From: Octopus sinensis
Lineage: Eukaryota
Direction of reading: 5' to 3'
NCBI RefSeq assembly: GCF_006345805.1
Contig: NC_043003.1
Location: 39,308,001 to 39,372,000, forward strand
Length of the DNA stretch: 64,000 nucleotides
Below are positions 26,959 to 41,010 of this stretch, piece after piece (the first letter of the stretch is position 1; each line of letters starts with the position of its first letter). Under the pieces are notes generated by a model. The model was not told the DNA's origin. It made no database searches and worked only from the letters and a program-made list of their open reading frames with translations. The position numbers and the translations under genes are program-made.

Positions 26959-27131
26959 CACTAGCTTAGCCAGTGGTAGGGGCAGTCCGCCCCAGGCGGC
27001 ACTTTTAAAGGGGCGGCACTTTTCATTCTCTTGTAGGCTATTGCTGTAGGTATTATGTGATTTTTGTGGAGTCCGGGGGGAAGCAAACGGAAGTTGCGCG
27101 CCGGGCAGCAAACACTCTAGCTAAGCTACTG
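26959..27131. mobile_element. 173 bp hAT-type MITE
   Basis: TIRs CACTAGCTTAGCCAG / reverse complement CAGTAGCTTAGCTAG; perfect 8 bp TSD CTTATATG at 26951-26958 and 27132-27139. Confidence 0.9.
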
Positions 27132-27331
27132 CTTATATGCCAGAAAACGTCTATGTAGATTTTGAGTCATTTTTTAAAATTAGTAAAATGAATCTTCTGC
27201 AATGTAACTGCTAAATACGCATACACATGAGGTGCGCTATATCATATTATATTACATTTTATTATATCATGTTACACACAAAGACACACTCACATGCACA
27301 CATACATACAAACATACATACATACATGCAT

Positions 27332-27363
<32 letters not shown>

Positions 27364-27530
27364 ACACACACACACCACACACACACACACATATATATCC
27401 TACTTAACATGAATGTATTGTTAGAATGCCGCAATTCTGCCCTATACATCTTAAGAAACCATTTCATAAATAGGTATGGAGCTAAAAAACATAGATATGT
27501 CGGGAGCAGGCGAGAAATCGTCCAGCATCG

Positions 27531-27601
27531 GTGGTGAAACTGGTAGATTACGTGATTTCAGCGTGACTACGCTTCATCAGCAGCAGGCATCCACTCACCA
27601 C
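27531..27601 (-). ncRNA. Type I hammerhead ribozyme (predicted)
   Basis: Minus strand GUGGUGA guggaugc CUGCUG-CUGAUGA-AGCG uaguca CGCU-GAAA-U cacgua A-UC^-UACCAG uu UCACCAC: full core, 4 bp stem II, AUC cleavage triplet, bulged stem I with a perfect 7 bp distal helix. Confidence 0.75.
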
Positions 27602-27997
27602 TTGCAACCCAAATCTTGCTGCCACCTATGTATGTAAAAACAGTGATTACTCGGTCTCTGATGCCGCAAAAAGCCAACAGCTCTGTTAGAATTAAATATT
27701 AGCGAGAGAGGCAGTGTTAATACCGAATGGCAATCGTTATATCCAACTTAATGTGGATGATCTATTAAACGTTGCACATCTGCTACCAATATGCCTATGC
27801 TTTTAGTACTATATGTCAGTAAGAGATGATTTCTCAGCGCGAATACCGGAGTATTAAGCCAAACAATACACCCACGTTACATAAGTTATAAAGATTGCCA
27901 ATCGGCCTTAATACTGGTTCCGTAGCTAATATTCACCACACACAAACACACACACAAACGCACACTTACATTTTCAGGTACATACACACTCGCCGCG

Positions 27998-28290
27998 TCT
28001 TTCTCTCTCTCTCCCTCTCTCTCGCTCTGGCTTTCTCTCTCTCTCTTTCTTTCGCTCTGGTTTTCTCTCTCTCCCTCTCTCTCGCTCTGGTTTTCTCTCT
28101 CTCCCTCTCTCTCACTCTGGCTTTCTCTCTCTCCCTTTCTCTCGCTCAGGCTTTCTCTCTCTCCCTCTCTCTTGCTCTGGCTTTCTCTCTCTCCCTCTCT
28201 CTCTTTCTCTCTCTCCCTCTCTCTCGCTCTGGCTTTCCCTCCCTCCTCCTCTCTCCCTCTCTCTCGCTCTGGCTTTCTCTCTCCCTCTCT
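27998..28290. repeat. ~30 bp CT-rich minisatellite
   Basis: Unit CTTTCTCTCTCTCCCTCTCTCTCGCTCTGG repeated about 9 times with variants. Confidence 0.9.
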
Positions 28291-28744
28291 TTCACACACA
28301 TGCGCGCGGACGCTGTATTTCTCAGCTGGTAGACTCACATATTTCAAAGAAAACCAAAACACATTCTAGAATTGTTTAACAGTAACAGTTCCTATTATTA
28401 TAAAACGAGATTCTAGAAAACAGAGAGAAGAAACATCAACATTTAGTGCAGGCTTTTTTCCAAATAGACACAAACACCACAAGTGCACATTCAGATATCT
28501 GTGCTTACATATATGCATACACTCACATGCACCCATCCACATGCACCCATCCACATACATACCTAGGCATAGACATGTGGTTAAGAAGAGCTCTTCGGAA
28601 GTATTAGTTTGGATTCGGTCCCACTGCATGGCATACTCTACTAAGACTTCGGGCCGAATAAATTTGGTAAAGGGAGACTGTCTGGAAGCCAGTCGTATAC
28701 AGGTGGTTTCAGTTTGTTTAATTCCCAGAAAATAAGCAGTTCTT

Positions 28745-28995
28745 ATTCATACATACATACATACATACATACATACATACATACATACATACATACATAC
28801 ATACATTCATACATACATACATGCATACATACATACATACATACATACATACATACATACATACATTCATACATACATACATGCATACATACATACATAC
28901 ATACATACATACATACATACATACATACATACATACATTCATACATACATACATGCATACATACATACATACATACATGCATACATACATACATG
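28745..28995. repeat. (TACA)n array with 60 bp higher-order periodicity
   Basis: 28801-28860 is identical to 28861-28920, including the interrupting TTCA and TGCA variants. Confidence 0.9.
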
Positions 28996-29089
28996 CATAT
29001 GTATATATGTATATCTATCTATCTATGTATGTGTGGGTCTACATATATATGTATATATATAGACACTTACACTTACACACACATACTTG

Positions 29090-29856
29090 TTCGTAACAAA
29101 CACTTGACCGTAACGAAAAATACTCCTCCAGTACTGTTCGGACCTTGCCTACAAAATTCATATCATTTCCCTCCAAATGATTTTGAAAACTGCGGAATAA
29201 ATGATAATCAGATGGGACAATGTCCACCGAATATGGTGGGTGGGGCATCGTTTCCCATTCAAACAGCTCAAACCTTTGGAAAGTCGTCCTCGCTGTATGT
29301 GGCCGAACGTTAATTATCCTGATGAAAGAAAACCTTTCATCTTGAAACCAAAGATGGTCATTTTTCTTCTAGCGCTGGCTTGACTGACTGGTTGAATGGC
29401 CAGATCCAAGTTTTTTTGCTAGTTTCTCAACAATTACGATGTGATTTTGTTCTACCAGAGTTTGCAGGACGTCCTCGATATTCCAGGACAAGGCTCGTCT
29501 TCTAGGTTATAGTTTCCGGCTCGGAATTTCAAGAACCACTGTTGACACTGCGTTTCGCTTATTGCCCAATCCCCATATACTGCATTAAAATTCCTCACAC
29601 TTTCCGTTGGATAGTTGCCTTTATTGAACTCATAAAGCAAAATATGCCGAATGTGCTTCTTTGTCACTTCCATTATAGCTTTGATAAAATAACTTTTAAA
29701 ATCGGACTGCGCTCTTCAAATCTTGCACTAAGAATAAGGGCAGGGTAAAATTATTACCTGCTTTTATAGCAGGGTGATGCCGGTAGTTTATCGCATCTCT
29801 CACCGACTTTTAGTTATGCAATTGAAAAAAACCGCATTATTTATGGGATGACCGAA
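29090..29856 (-). mobile_element. Degenerate mariner with internal deletion, one end lost
   Basis: N-terminal MEVTKKHIRHILLYEFNKG...WFLKFRAGNYNLEDEP and C-terminal HPPYSVDIVPSDYHLFRSFQNHL; TIR-like end ...TTATGGGATGACCGAA followed by TA. Confidence 0.9.
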
Positions 29857-29862
29857 TATATA

Positions 29863-30235
29863 TCTCTCTATATATAAACGGCAGTTTGTCTGTGCGTGTT
29901 TCTGTGTGTCTGTTTGCTTGTACCCTCACCCTGACCACGGCTTTCAACCGATTCTGATGAAACTTGACACACACATAGCCCAATGTCATAATTCAAAACT
30001 AACGCAGCGAAAATTTTGAAAAGTTCCCCCAGTTCTGAAAAAAATCGATAAATCGACATGGGGTCGAGATTAGAAACACGAACCACAAACTGTCTAGGGG
30101 ACGCAACTCCATCCTTTTTTAACTCTCAAAAAAAAAATTTACCATATTTTTTTCCATTTTTTGGCTATAACTCTCTAAAAATGCTTTATAGTTATTTCCC
30201 TTACAAACCAGAGCAACGCCGGGCGATACTGCTAG
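29863..30235 (+). mobile_element. Non-autonomous Helitron (373 bp)
   Basis: 5' TC after A; 3' GC-rich hairpin-like CCAGAGCAACGCCGGG followed by CTAG then T (A|T insertion site); no TSD. Confidence 0.8.
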
Positions 30236-30420
30236 TATATATATATAGAGGACATATCCTGTAGCTGGTTAACGATGCACAGCTGCATCCAATAAAATTG
30301 CCAGCTGGGGAGCGAACCCCTGCCATCTCCTGGTTTTGGGGTATTTCTGCCACTCCTGAATCCTGGATACGTCGTCTGCTAGAGATGATAGCAGCTTGCT
30401 TCTGCACGCAATATATATAT

Positions 30421-30515
<95 letters not shown>

Positions 30516-30696
30516 TAAGAAGAAGAGAGGAGATAGTGCCTAGTAGCTGGGTGAAAATTTGGAGCCACTATCACACCTCTTCTGATAAAGTTTTATAGAC
30601 ATGTACTCCGCAAAAATGTATTGAGTTTATCGTTAAATTGTTTCTATTACAACTTGACATAAGAGATGGAAAGAAGTCAAGAGAGAGTGAGGGAAG

Positions 30697-30799
<103 letters not shown>

Positions 30800-31737
30800 A
30801 TGACAAGAACAGGTATACATTTCATGTGTTATGCTTGTAATAGAGGTACTCATTGGGGTGGTACGTTGATCGTGCGCAGAGTTAAGCATTGAAGGAGGTG
30901 CAGTTTAAAGTTTGTATAAGACGCGAGTGATCTGTGATGATCAGCAGATGCTGTAAGGTGCCAGCAGCAACTTGCATTTTTGTCTTTCGAAATATAGTAT
31001 TTATATATTCTGTATCATCCATAGTTGTTGTTGTTGTACATCCCGTTGACGTTTAGAACTAGATTAGCCATGATAAGATAGAACAGACATGATGCGTAAG
31101 GACGTTTCCACCTATGACCATCACGTATTTTACTTTCGGACACTGCGTATCTATAGGGCTATATGTAATAATTGTCCCACTGTTTCTTTCTTTTTTTTTT
31201 TTTTATTGGTCTTTTCTTTTTCTAAGAAGGTGAGTTGCGTTTCGGGACAGATTTAGCTGCTATTTCTAGCGACGACTGAGTAGAGTAGAGGTTCTTTCAT
31301 TGGGACCTTCGCAATGTTGATACTTGATGTGCGCTACATTCACACCTACAACCCTACCTATATACCTCCCACCCTCCCTCCATCCCCTACCTACCTACCA
31401 CCTACCTATCTACCTATCTACCTACCTACCTACATACATACGTGCATACATACGTGCATAGATACACACATACATATATACATACATACTTACATACACG
31501 CTTACGTACATACGTACACATACACACAGAGGCGTATATATGTATTCATACATACATACATACATACATACATACATACACCCGTTTATTATGCCTATTC
31601 GAAGTTTCAAACCGCGCATACAGATACTCACATACATACGTCATACATACATACATACATACATACTACATACATACATACATACATACACATACATACA
31701 TACATCATATACGTAATGAGATAGTCATAGGTCAACA

Positions 31738-31769
<32 letters not shown>

Positions 31770-31922
31770 CTAGATATATATATATATATATACATACACA
31801 CCACATGCAGGCAATACATAGTACATACATACTACAGACATACAATACATACATCACATACATACACACACACATGCAGGCATACATACGTACATACATA
31901 CATACATACATACATACATACA

Positions 31923-31954
<32 letters not shown>

Positions 31955-33153
31955 CACCATGTATCTATATAAACATGTGTGTGTGTGTGTGTGTGTGCGC
32001 GTGTTTAATTATATGCAAATGTACATATGGCTGTTTGAACGAATGTGTATGGGTGGCGGTGTAAGGTGCGGTGCACGCGTATGGCATATGTGCGTGCATT
32101 TGTATGTGTGTGTATGTGTGTGTGTGTGTGTGTGTTTGTATGTATGTGTGTGTGTGTGTGCGTGTGCGTGTGTGTGTGTGTGGTTTTCGTGTGTGTCTAC
32201 TTGTGGAAGCGACTTGTACCTTAAATGGCGTTATGTTAAGTGCAGTGGGGAAGATATCAAATGTCTTCACCCGCGTCTATCTACCCACCACCAAACTTTA
32301 ACGAACAGAACTCTCCTAGTCTCGCAGATTCCCACCAAACCAATAACGGGGTTGGGAGGAATATATAGATAAATAAATAAATAAACAAAAAGTGATAACA
32401 AAAACACAACAAACAAAATTACAGGAGATAGTAAAACTAAAAAAGCGTTTAACTTTTCCTCCACCTCTCATAATCTATCTCTCACACATTCCTCCCACTC
32501 TCTCTTTCTCATTCAGCCTCCTCATCACCAACTTCTGTATCTCCATCTTTCACTCTACCTCTCTCTCTCTCTCCCCCACTCTCTCGGCCTCTCTCTTTCT
32601 CTTCCTGCCGCCTCCTCCTCCTACTCTCTCTTTTTATTTGTATCTCTCTAAATTTATTTAGCATCTTTTTTATACTTTATTTCTCTTCTTCATCTTCCGC
32701 TTGTCAAAACAAGAACCTTGGATACCAGCTACTACAGTTGACGCCGTTCGAACGTCAAACAACAGAATTGTTTAACGAGTGTATATACACAGATACATAA
32801 TATATCTACACACACGTGTATACACGCATTTATTTATTGAGATATATATACTGAGAGATATACCTAAAACACAATGGTAAGCCATAATTTGTTTATCTAC
32901 CTATCTTCCTATTTATCTGACTATATGCAAGTGAGCGTGTATATATATATATATATATGGATTAGTGTGAGCGTGTGTGTGTGCGTATTGAGGTGGGTGT
33001 GCGCGTGTGTTTCCAAGTTGGACTCTAACCCGGTCTTAGCACTTATCCACCAAACTATGTACCTGTCAGAATGTCTTTTTAGGTACCTGTCAAAAGATTG
33101 GTCTTTTTAAATGTCAATCGTACCTGCAAATCCGTTAAGTCTGAACATGACAC

Positions 33154-33199
<46 letters not shown>

Positions 33200-33363
33200 A
33201 ATGATGATGATGATGACGACGATGATGATATATTCACAAATATATGTTTACACACATATATATATATACCTACATACGGATATGTATGTATATATGTGTG
33301 TGCATGTGTGTGTATAAGTGTGTATGTACATATGTATATCATGCGTATATGCATGTATGTATC

Positions 33364-33401
<38 letters not shown>

Positions 33402-33510
33402 CAAATTAATAATAAAGGGTCAAATAAATTAATTAATTAATCAATCAATTAATTAATAATTTTACCAAGTAGATCGGTACGTTACAATAACCGTTTTAAG
33501 TAAAATCATA

Positions 33511-33602
33511 CAAATATTCTATAATAATAAACATAATTATAATTAGATGAAGCAATTAGCTGACCCCTAATTATAATTATGTTTATAATTATAGAATATT
33601 TG
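33511..33602. repeat. AT-rich inverted repeat, ~35 bp arms
   Basis: CAAATATTCTATAATAATAAACATAATTATAATTA versus reverse complement of TAATTATAATTATGTTTATAATTATAGAATATTTG (1 mismatch). Confidence 0.85.
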
Positions 33603-33617
33603 TCTGTGTGTGTGTGT

Positions 33618-33653
<36 letters not shown>

Positions 33654-33689
33654 GTGCTTGTTCTATATGTTTGAATATCCTTTCTTAAA

Positions 33690-33915
33690 TACTCCTTTAC
33701 TCTTTTACTTGTTTCAGTCATTTGACTGCGGCCATGCTGGAGCACCGCCTTTAGTCGAGCAACTCGACCCCGGGACTTATTCTTTTTGTAAGCCCAGTAC
33801 TTATTCTATCGGTCTCCTTTGCCGAAACGCTAAGTAACGAGGACATAAACACACCAGCATCGGTTGTTAAGCAATGCTAGAGGGACAAACACAGACACAC
33901 AAACACACACACACA
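33690..33915 (-). mobile_element. Family B SINE 3' half
   Basis: Near-consensus tail CAGTCATTTGACTGCGGCCATGCTGGAGCACCGCC. Confidence 0.9.
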
Positions 33916-34249
33916 CACACATACTACTAATTATTTCTTGTTTGTGGTTGCATTATTGTATACATACATACGCATAGGAGGTATGTATATAAATACATTT
34001 ATATACATATACAAAATATCTTCAATGTTTGTGTTTGCGCTGTTTTGAAAGAGTCGGAAAAGTTTTGATGTAAATAAAGATACATGAATACTTTTCCGTC
34101 GGACACTTCGGCTGGAATGTTCCTACTGTTTCTCACCTCGTTTTTGACGTTTCGCGGAATTTCTCTCTCTATACGTTTGGTACTGAGAAGAGCCTGCTCA
34201 TTCTCTTAGGTAGAATTTTTGAATACTTGGAATATGTGTGTGAACGTAG

Positions 34250-35389
34250 GTAATGTATGTATGGGCGTGCGTAGCGGTACATGAATGTATGCATGCATGT
34301 ATGTATGTATGTATGTATGTATGTATGTGTGTAGTATGTATGTATGTATGTATGTATGTATGTATGTATGTATGTATGTATGAATGTATGTATGAATGTA
34401 TGAATGTATGCATGTACGTACGTATGTATGGATGTATGTATGAATGTATGAATGTATGCATGCACGTACGTATGCTTGAATGCATGTGTGTGTCTATGTA
34501 TGCATGTATGTATGTGTATGTATGTATGTATGTATGTATGAATTCATGTATGTGTACTAAAGAGTGTCTGTATGAGTATGTATTAGGCATGCACGTATGC
34601 ACGTATGTATGTATGTATGTATGTATGTATGTATGTATGTATGTATGTATGTATGTATGTATGTATGTATGTGTGTATGTATGTAAGTATGTATGTATAA
34701 AGGTATGTATCTATGTATATATATATGTATGTATGCGTGTGTATCTAAGTGTGTATGTATGTGCGAGTATGTACGTTTGTATGTATGTCCATGTATGTCC
34801 ATGTGTATGTATGTGCCTGTATGTATGTATCTATGTTTGTATAAAGTCGGCGTGTGCATGTATGCGTGCATGTATATATCTACGTGTAGGTATGTATGCA
34901 TATATGGTTATATATATATGTGTGTGTGTATGTATAGGCATCTGTATACATATATATATGTGTATACATACATCTATGTATATTTGCGTGTACATGTATG
35001 TGTGCATGTATGTTCATGTATCTGTGGGTATATATGCAGGTATGGATATATATGTGCGTGTGTCCGTATGTGTATGTAAGTATGTAAATACATATGCATG
35101 TATGTTTATCCGTATATATGTATTTGTGTACGTGTACATGTACGTATGTATGTTTACACGTGGGGGTATGCACATATACATGTATGGCTATACATGCATG
35201 TGTGCGTATGTTTGTTCATGAATTCATCCGTACTTATGTGTTTCTGAATGTAGGAATGAGTGTGTATATTATTCGCAAATATATAAGCACTTACTTGTGT
35301 GAGTGTTGTGTCGTGTTATGCGTGTATGCGTATATATGTGCATGTATATACATACATACTATCTATCTATCTTATCTATCTATCTATCG

Positions 35390-35430
<41 letters not shown>

Positions 35431-35439
35431 ATCTATATA

Positions 35440-35483
<44 letters not shown>

Positions 35484-35556
35484 TATATATATATATTATA
35501 TATATATAGATATTGATAATTTTCCAAATAGATTAATCCAGATATTATTGTTACTT

Positions 35557-35625
<69 letters not shown>

Positions 35626-35640
35626 CATATACATGCATAT
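34250..35640. repeat. Degenerate (ATGT)n/(TATC)n/(TA)n block
   Basis: Explains the spurious 322 aa ORF 34253..35221. Confidence 0.9.
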
Positions 35641-35860
35641 TTCTTTTACTCTTTTACTGTTTTTAATTGTTTCAGTCATTTGACTGCGATCATGCTGGAG
35701 CAGCGCCCTCTTACATACACATGCACACGTGTGTGTGTGTGTGTGTATACGTAGATATGTACGCGAGTATGTGCATAGTGTGCATATACAAATACCAACG
35801 TAGGAATGTGAAACATCTAACCAACGAGTACAGAGACGCACGTATAGCTTCATGAACACA

Positions 35861-35905
<45 letters not shown>

Positions 35906-36184
35906 TCTCTCTCTCTTGTTCCCTAGTTTTCTCTTTCTGTCTCTCTCACTCTCTCTGAAAGGTGGTGAGGTGGGGGGGGACAGAGAAATATCAAATGTCA
36001 CAAATCCTATATGTGGTATTCATAATTGTTGTTGTAGCGATTGTCATATTTCTATATTTAGAATGAGTAGTTGAGCCGAACCTCTCTATGAATATATATG
36101 TATAGGTATATATATATATATATATTATATATATATATATAAAGTATATATATATATATATACATATCATATATACCATATATA

Positions 36185-36222
<38 letters not shown>

Positions 36223-36299
36223 TATACATATATATATAGCATATATATATACATAGATATGTATATTTATATATATATATATATATTACATATATATAT

Positions 36300-36520
36300 C
36301 AATACTCTTTTACACTCTTAGTTACTTTCAGTTTCAGCATTGACTGCGGCCATGCTGGAGCACCGCCTTTAGTCGAGCAAATCGACCCGGACTTATTCTT
36401 TGTAAGCCCAGTACTTATTGTATCGGTCTCTTTTGCCGAACCGCTGGTGACGGGACGTAAACACACCAGCATCGGTGTCAGCCATGCTAGGGGGACAAAC
36501 ACAGACACAAACAAACACAC
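36300..36520 (-). mobile_element. Family B SINE 3' half inside (AT)n arrays
   Basis: TTGACTGCGGCCATGCTGGAGCACCGCCTTTAGTCGAGC...GGACAAACACAGACAC. Confidence 0.85.
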
Positions 36521-36580
36521 GCACACATACATTATATATATATTATATATATATTTATATATATATATATATATATATAT

Positions 36581-36629
<49 letters not shown>

Positions 36630-36738
36630 CATATATATATTATACATATATATAAATTATATATATATATATATATATATAGATATATTTATATAATATA
36701 TATATATATAATAATACCACACACATATATATATCTAT

Positions 36739-36776
<38 letters not shown>

Positions 36777-36834
36777 TACATAGAATACACACACGCACAC
36801 ACACATATTCATATACCTACACATATATACAGGC

Positions 36835-36870
<36 letters not shown>

Positions 36871-37951
36871 TCATATCTTAATATATAGGTATATATACAT
36901 ATATACACACACAGATTCACATGTTTATACATACGTATATATATGTGTATGTGTGTGTGTGTATGTATATATATTTATAAATATGTATATATACATATGA
37001 ATATATATATGTATGTATATATATATACATACATATATGTTTGTATATGTGTATGTATAAATATATACATATATGTTTGTGTATGTGTGTGTGTGTATCT
37101 ATGTATATGTATATACATATTTATGTATATAAGTACCTATGTATGTACGTAGACGCATAATTATATACATACACATCTATACGTACTCATACGCAAATAC
37201 ACACGCATCCTTTGCAACATCTGGTCTATCTCTTGAGAACCAGATAAGGTTCAGACCCAGAATTCTACTAACCCTTTACATAGCTCAGGTATCACTTGCA
37301 TTAAGATTGCTGCTCCCACATCTTCGCCTGTGCTGCTACTGCTACTGCTGCTGCTGCTGCTGCTGCTGCCGCTACGCATAGAAATTAGCGTAGAACGCAT
37401 CTGCGAACGTGCCAAACCGTATGATAGACATGTGTCGCACATCAGCATAATGGACGTCGAACTATGCTCTGTCTCTATCTCTCAGTTTCCCATCCCGTTT
37501 CTCCCGTTTCCTTTCGGCGTCTTCTATATGGCGCCTTATTCAGTCTGTAGTGATGTCTGATGACATCGCCTTTCCAACACTAATCCTGTTGCATTCAGAT
37601 TACTCTGTCTAAACATATTGCTTATTTATTTAAATCGGTTAAAATTCATTATGCATTATGTCGCAGCTTCAAGATTTCAATTATGTAAATGAATATTTTT
37701 AGTGTGATAGTATATTGTGTGTGATAGTCTGAATCTGGTCAATTTATACTTAAAACATGTTGAATATAGGGGCCTGATTTGGCCGGTTTAAATCCTAAAT
37801 GGTTAAAGACATTCTTATTTCTCCTCTTTTTCTTGACCCCAACACTGCAGCCTTCTTCATACACAAACCGTAGCGCAGTTCATCATCTTCAGAACATCAA
37901 CTCTGGTGCATTCACTCCTTGTCCATCTCTTTTCTACAGCTATTGACTTAC

Positions 37952-37998
37952 AATTGGTCAAGTTCTTGAAGTACAAGGTGTACCAGCAAATGGCTTTT
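37952..37998 (-). other. Candidate 47 nt exon
   Basis: Minus-strand acceptor ...GAATGTTTTGTAG and donor GTAAGT; two frames open (KSHLLVHLVLQELDQ or KAICWYTLYFKNLTN). Confidence 0.25.
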
Positions 37999-38140
37999 CT
38001 ACAAAACATTCGTCCGGGACAAACAAACGCTAAAAATCAAACTTTCTACATGCGTACGTATGTATGCATGAATGTATGTATTCGTGTGTGTATGTATGTA
38101 TATATGTATATATGTATCTATCTGTTTATCTATCTATCTC

Positions 38141-38320
<180 letters not shown>

Positions 38321-38538
38321 GACACACACACACAAATATCCTGGCTACAAGTTATAGAATACAAATTATGGAATGTAATTGGTCACAATAATTCCGTCGG
38401 TTTCACATCAATTTTTTCTCACCAGACAAGTATTGACTTCACTTCGGCCAGTCACATTGTGGCCAGATAAAGTCAATAAACAATAATACAATTTGTAACT
38501 AGCAGACAACGTTTATGTGTACGTTTGTTCATGTATGC

Positions 38539-38603
<65 letters not shown>

Positions 38604-39125
38604 CTAAACGTTTTATCTTCTCTTTCGGAGAATAACTTCTTGATAACTGACGTATATAATTCTACACAAAAGGCTCAAATATTTACCGAGAAATTTCCAA
38701 ATACCAACCGGTTCAAATAGTTTATTTCTCACAAAATTGCCATATATTGGTAAAGAGTTCAGTTACTCGCCAATTCTAAGCTTTCAATCACAATGTCTGC
38801 CATTTTGCAATTCCTTGTTCTACCTATCATGATACTGAAAACATGAAAGTACCATATATCTTTGCATATGAACAGATGATAATACATTACATGTTTTGGG
38901 AATATTAATTGAGTAGATAGTTTCTATTTACCGTAACAAATGGAATTCCGATGTGTTTACGAATATGTTTGATTACATAATACCACACTAGTTTTCTTAA
39001 TCATTCACTTGAAAAATCGGCAACATATCTGATAAAATATACTCTTTCTATGAATTATGTAATGATTCTTCGTTTCCAAACACATTCACTAACATGCTTA
39101 TATGTGTAGGTGCGCATATATGTAT

Positions 39126-39169
<44 letters not shown>

Positions 39170-39240
39170 TCATCTCTCTCTCTCCCACTCTCTCTGTATG
39201 TATATATATATATAATATTATATATTATTTATTTTATATT

Positions 39241-39352
<112 letters not shown>

Positions 39353-39371
39353 GAGATAGATAATAGATAAA

Positions 39372-39640
39372 TCCTTATTCCTTAATCCTTAAAAATGTTT
39401 AGCCCGAAGGCCGCGGCCATGCTGGGGCACCACCGCTGAATGAGCTACACTAACTGTGAATCCACCTCTGATACGTGGCACTTGATCAACGGGAGTTCGA
39501 TGCTGCTGCCCGCTCCGCGTCTCCTGTCGTGAGGTAGGTTTATCTGGGACTCCCGACAAGAAGAGATCCAGTTTAGTTTTAAAGAAACCCACATCCACAC
39601 CATGTAAGTCTCTCTGGCATTTAGGGAGGATGTTAAAGAT
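39372..39640 (-). mobile_element. CR1-like LINE 3' end fragment
   Basis: IFNILPKCQRDLHGVDVGFFKTKLDLFLSGVPDKPTSRQE, homologous to the 59290 copy; tail GGTGGTGCCCCAGCATGGCCGCGGCCTTCGGGCTAAAC plus a short (TAAGG)-like repeat. Confidence 0.85.
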
Positions 39641-39722
<82 letters not shown>

Positions 39723-40844
39723 TGATTGATTGATTGATTATTGACATTAAGGAACGTAACTAATACATGCTTGTATGAATGTTTGTACGTATGTACATGT
39801 ATACATTTGTCTGTATGAAGGTACATAAAACGCATGCTGTCAGTATGTGGATGTATGTACAATGTACACAACGCATAAGTTTAATGAGAACATGTTTAAT
39901 CATATTATCTCCTCAAATAATATTATTGGGTTTTTGTCTTGACAATCAAGGAAAGACAACTCAATAAACACGTACATAGATACATACGAACACATACATA
40001 TACATACATACATACATACATACATACATACATACATACATACATACATACATACATACATACATACATACGTAGAATGTTGGCATTATATACCAAACAT
40101 AAAGATCTGTGAAGCGATAAGAATAAATGCACAGTAATAAAAGTAAGTTGACCAACAGACAATAAGGTAAGGCGAAGCGAAATCTATAATAAAAATACTA
40201 CAGTTGGGGTTGAAGTTTAAGTATAGTTTTTTTTTTTTAATATATATACATCATTCTGTGATGCACCTGAACTCATAATTTATGATGATACTTGGGGTCA
40301 GTAGGTGCTTTAGATCTTTCAGCATCAGACACCTTCACCGAGGCGACCCAACCGTAATTGATTAAGCTCCCGCTTGCGTCCACTTAGCACTACGCGCGGT
40401 AGCGCTGCCTCCTCCGTTACTCGCGCCTATACTTGATCAAAGTTTCACAATTCACAATATTACATGCCTATGGAGCCCTACCCTATTTGTATTTAGTATG
40501 CAACACATACATGAGGAATTTCTCCTCAGCCATATCGTTGATATACATACTCAGTTTACTACGAGCTTATATATTGAGTGTTCTCAATATTGGCAAATGT
40601 GTAATGTGTTTCGGCAAGGACTCAAAATATATCAGTTGTTTATCGCAGCTAGCTTTCTTTAGAGACTAGACCCAATCCTATATATATATATATATAAATT
40701 TTAAAATTTGAACAACAGTGAAATTACTGGAATTGTCTCCCTTGCTGTTTAATTTTAGAACTTAATCCCGCCTAGATGATAGTGTGTGTATATGTTTATG
40801 TATTCATCCATGACCGTATGTATGTGTATAATATATCTAGCTTG

Positions 40845-40975
40845 TTTACCAACCACATGGCTCTGGGTTCACTTCCACAGCGTGGCACCTTGGGCAAATG
40901 TCTTGTATTATAGCCTCAGACTGACCAAAGCCTTGTGATCGGATTTGGTAAACAGAAACTGAAAGAAGCACGTCG

Positions 40976-41010
<35 letters not shown>

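Noticed and set aside
27497-27637. Plus-strand short ORF MSGAGEKSSSIGG...CHLCM with a possible GTATGT donor
   Set aside because: No homology; it overlaps the hammerhead antisense, which explains the island with far more specific constraints.
34253-35221. Longest ORF in the track (322 aa)
   Set aside because: Translation of degenerate (ATGT)n/(GT)n (MYVC repeats). The same applies to nearly all HT/YI/CV/LS-rich ORFs listed.
38430-38482. TATTGACTT...AAGTCAATA hairpin as a pre-miRNA
   Set aside because: Only ~50 nt with a poorly paired middle, and no recognised mature sequence.
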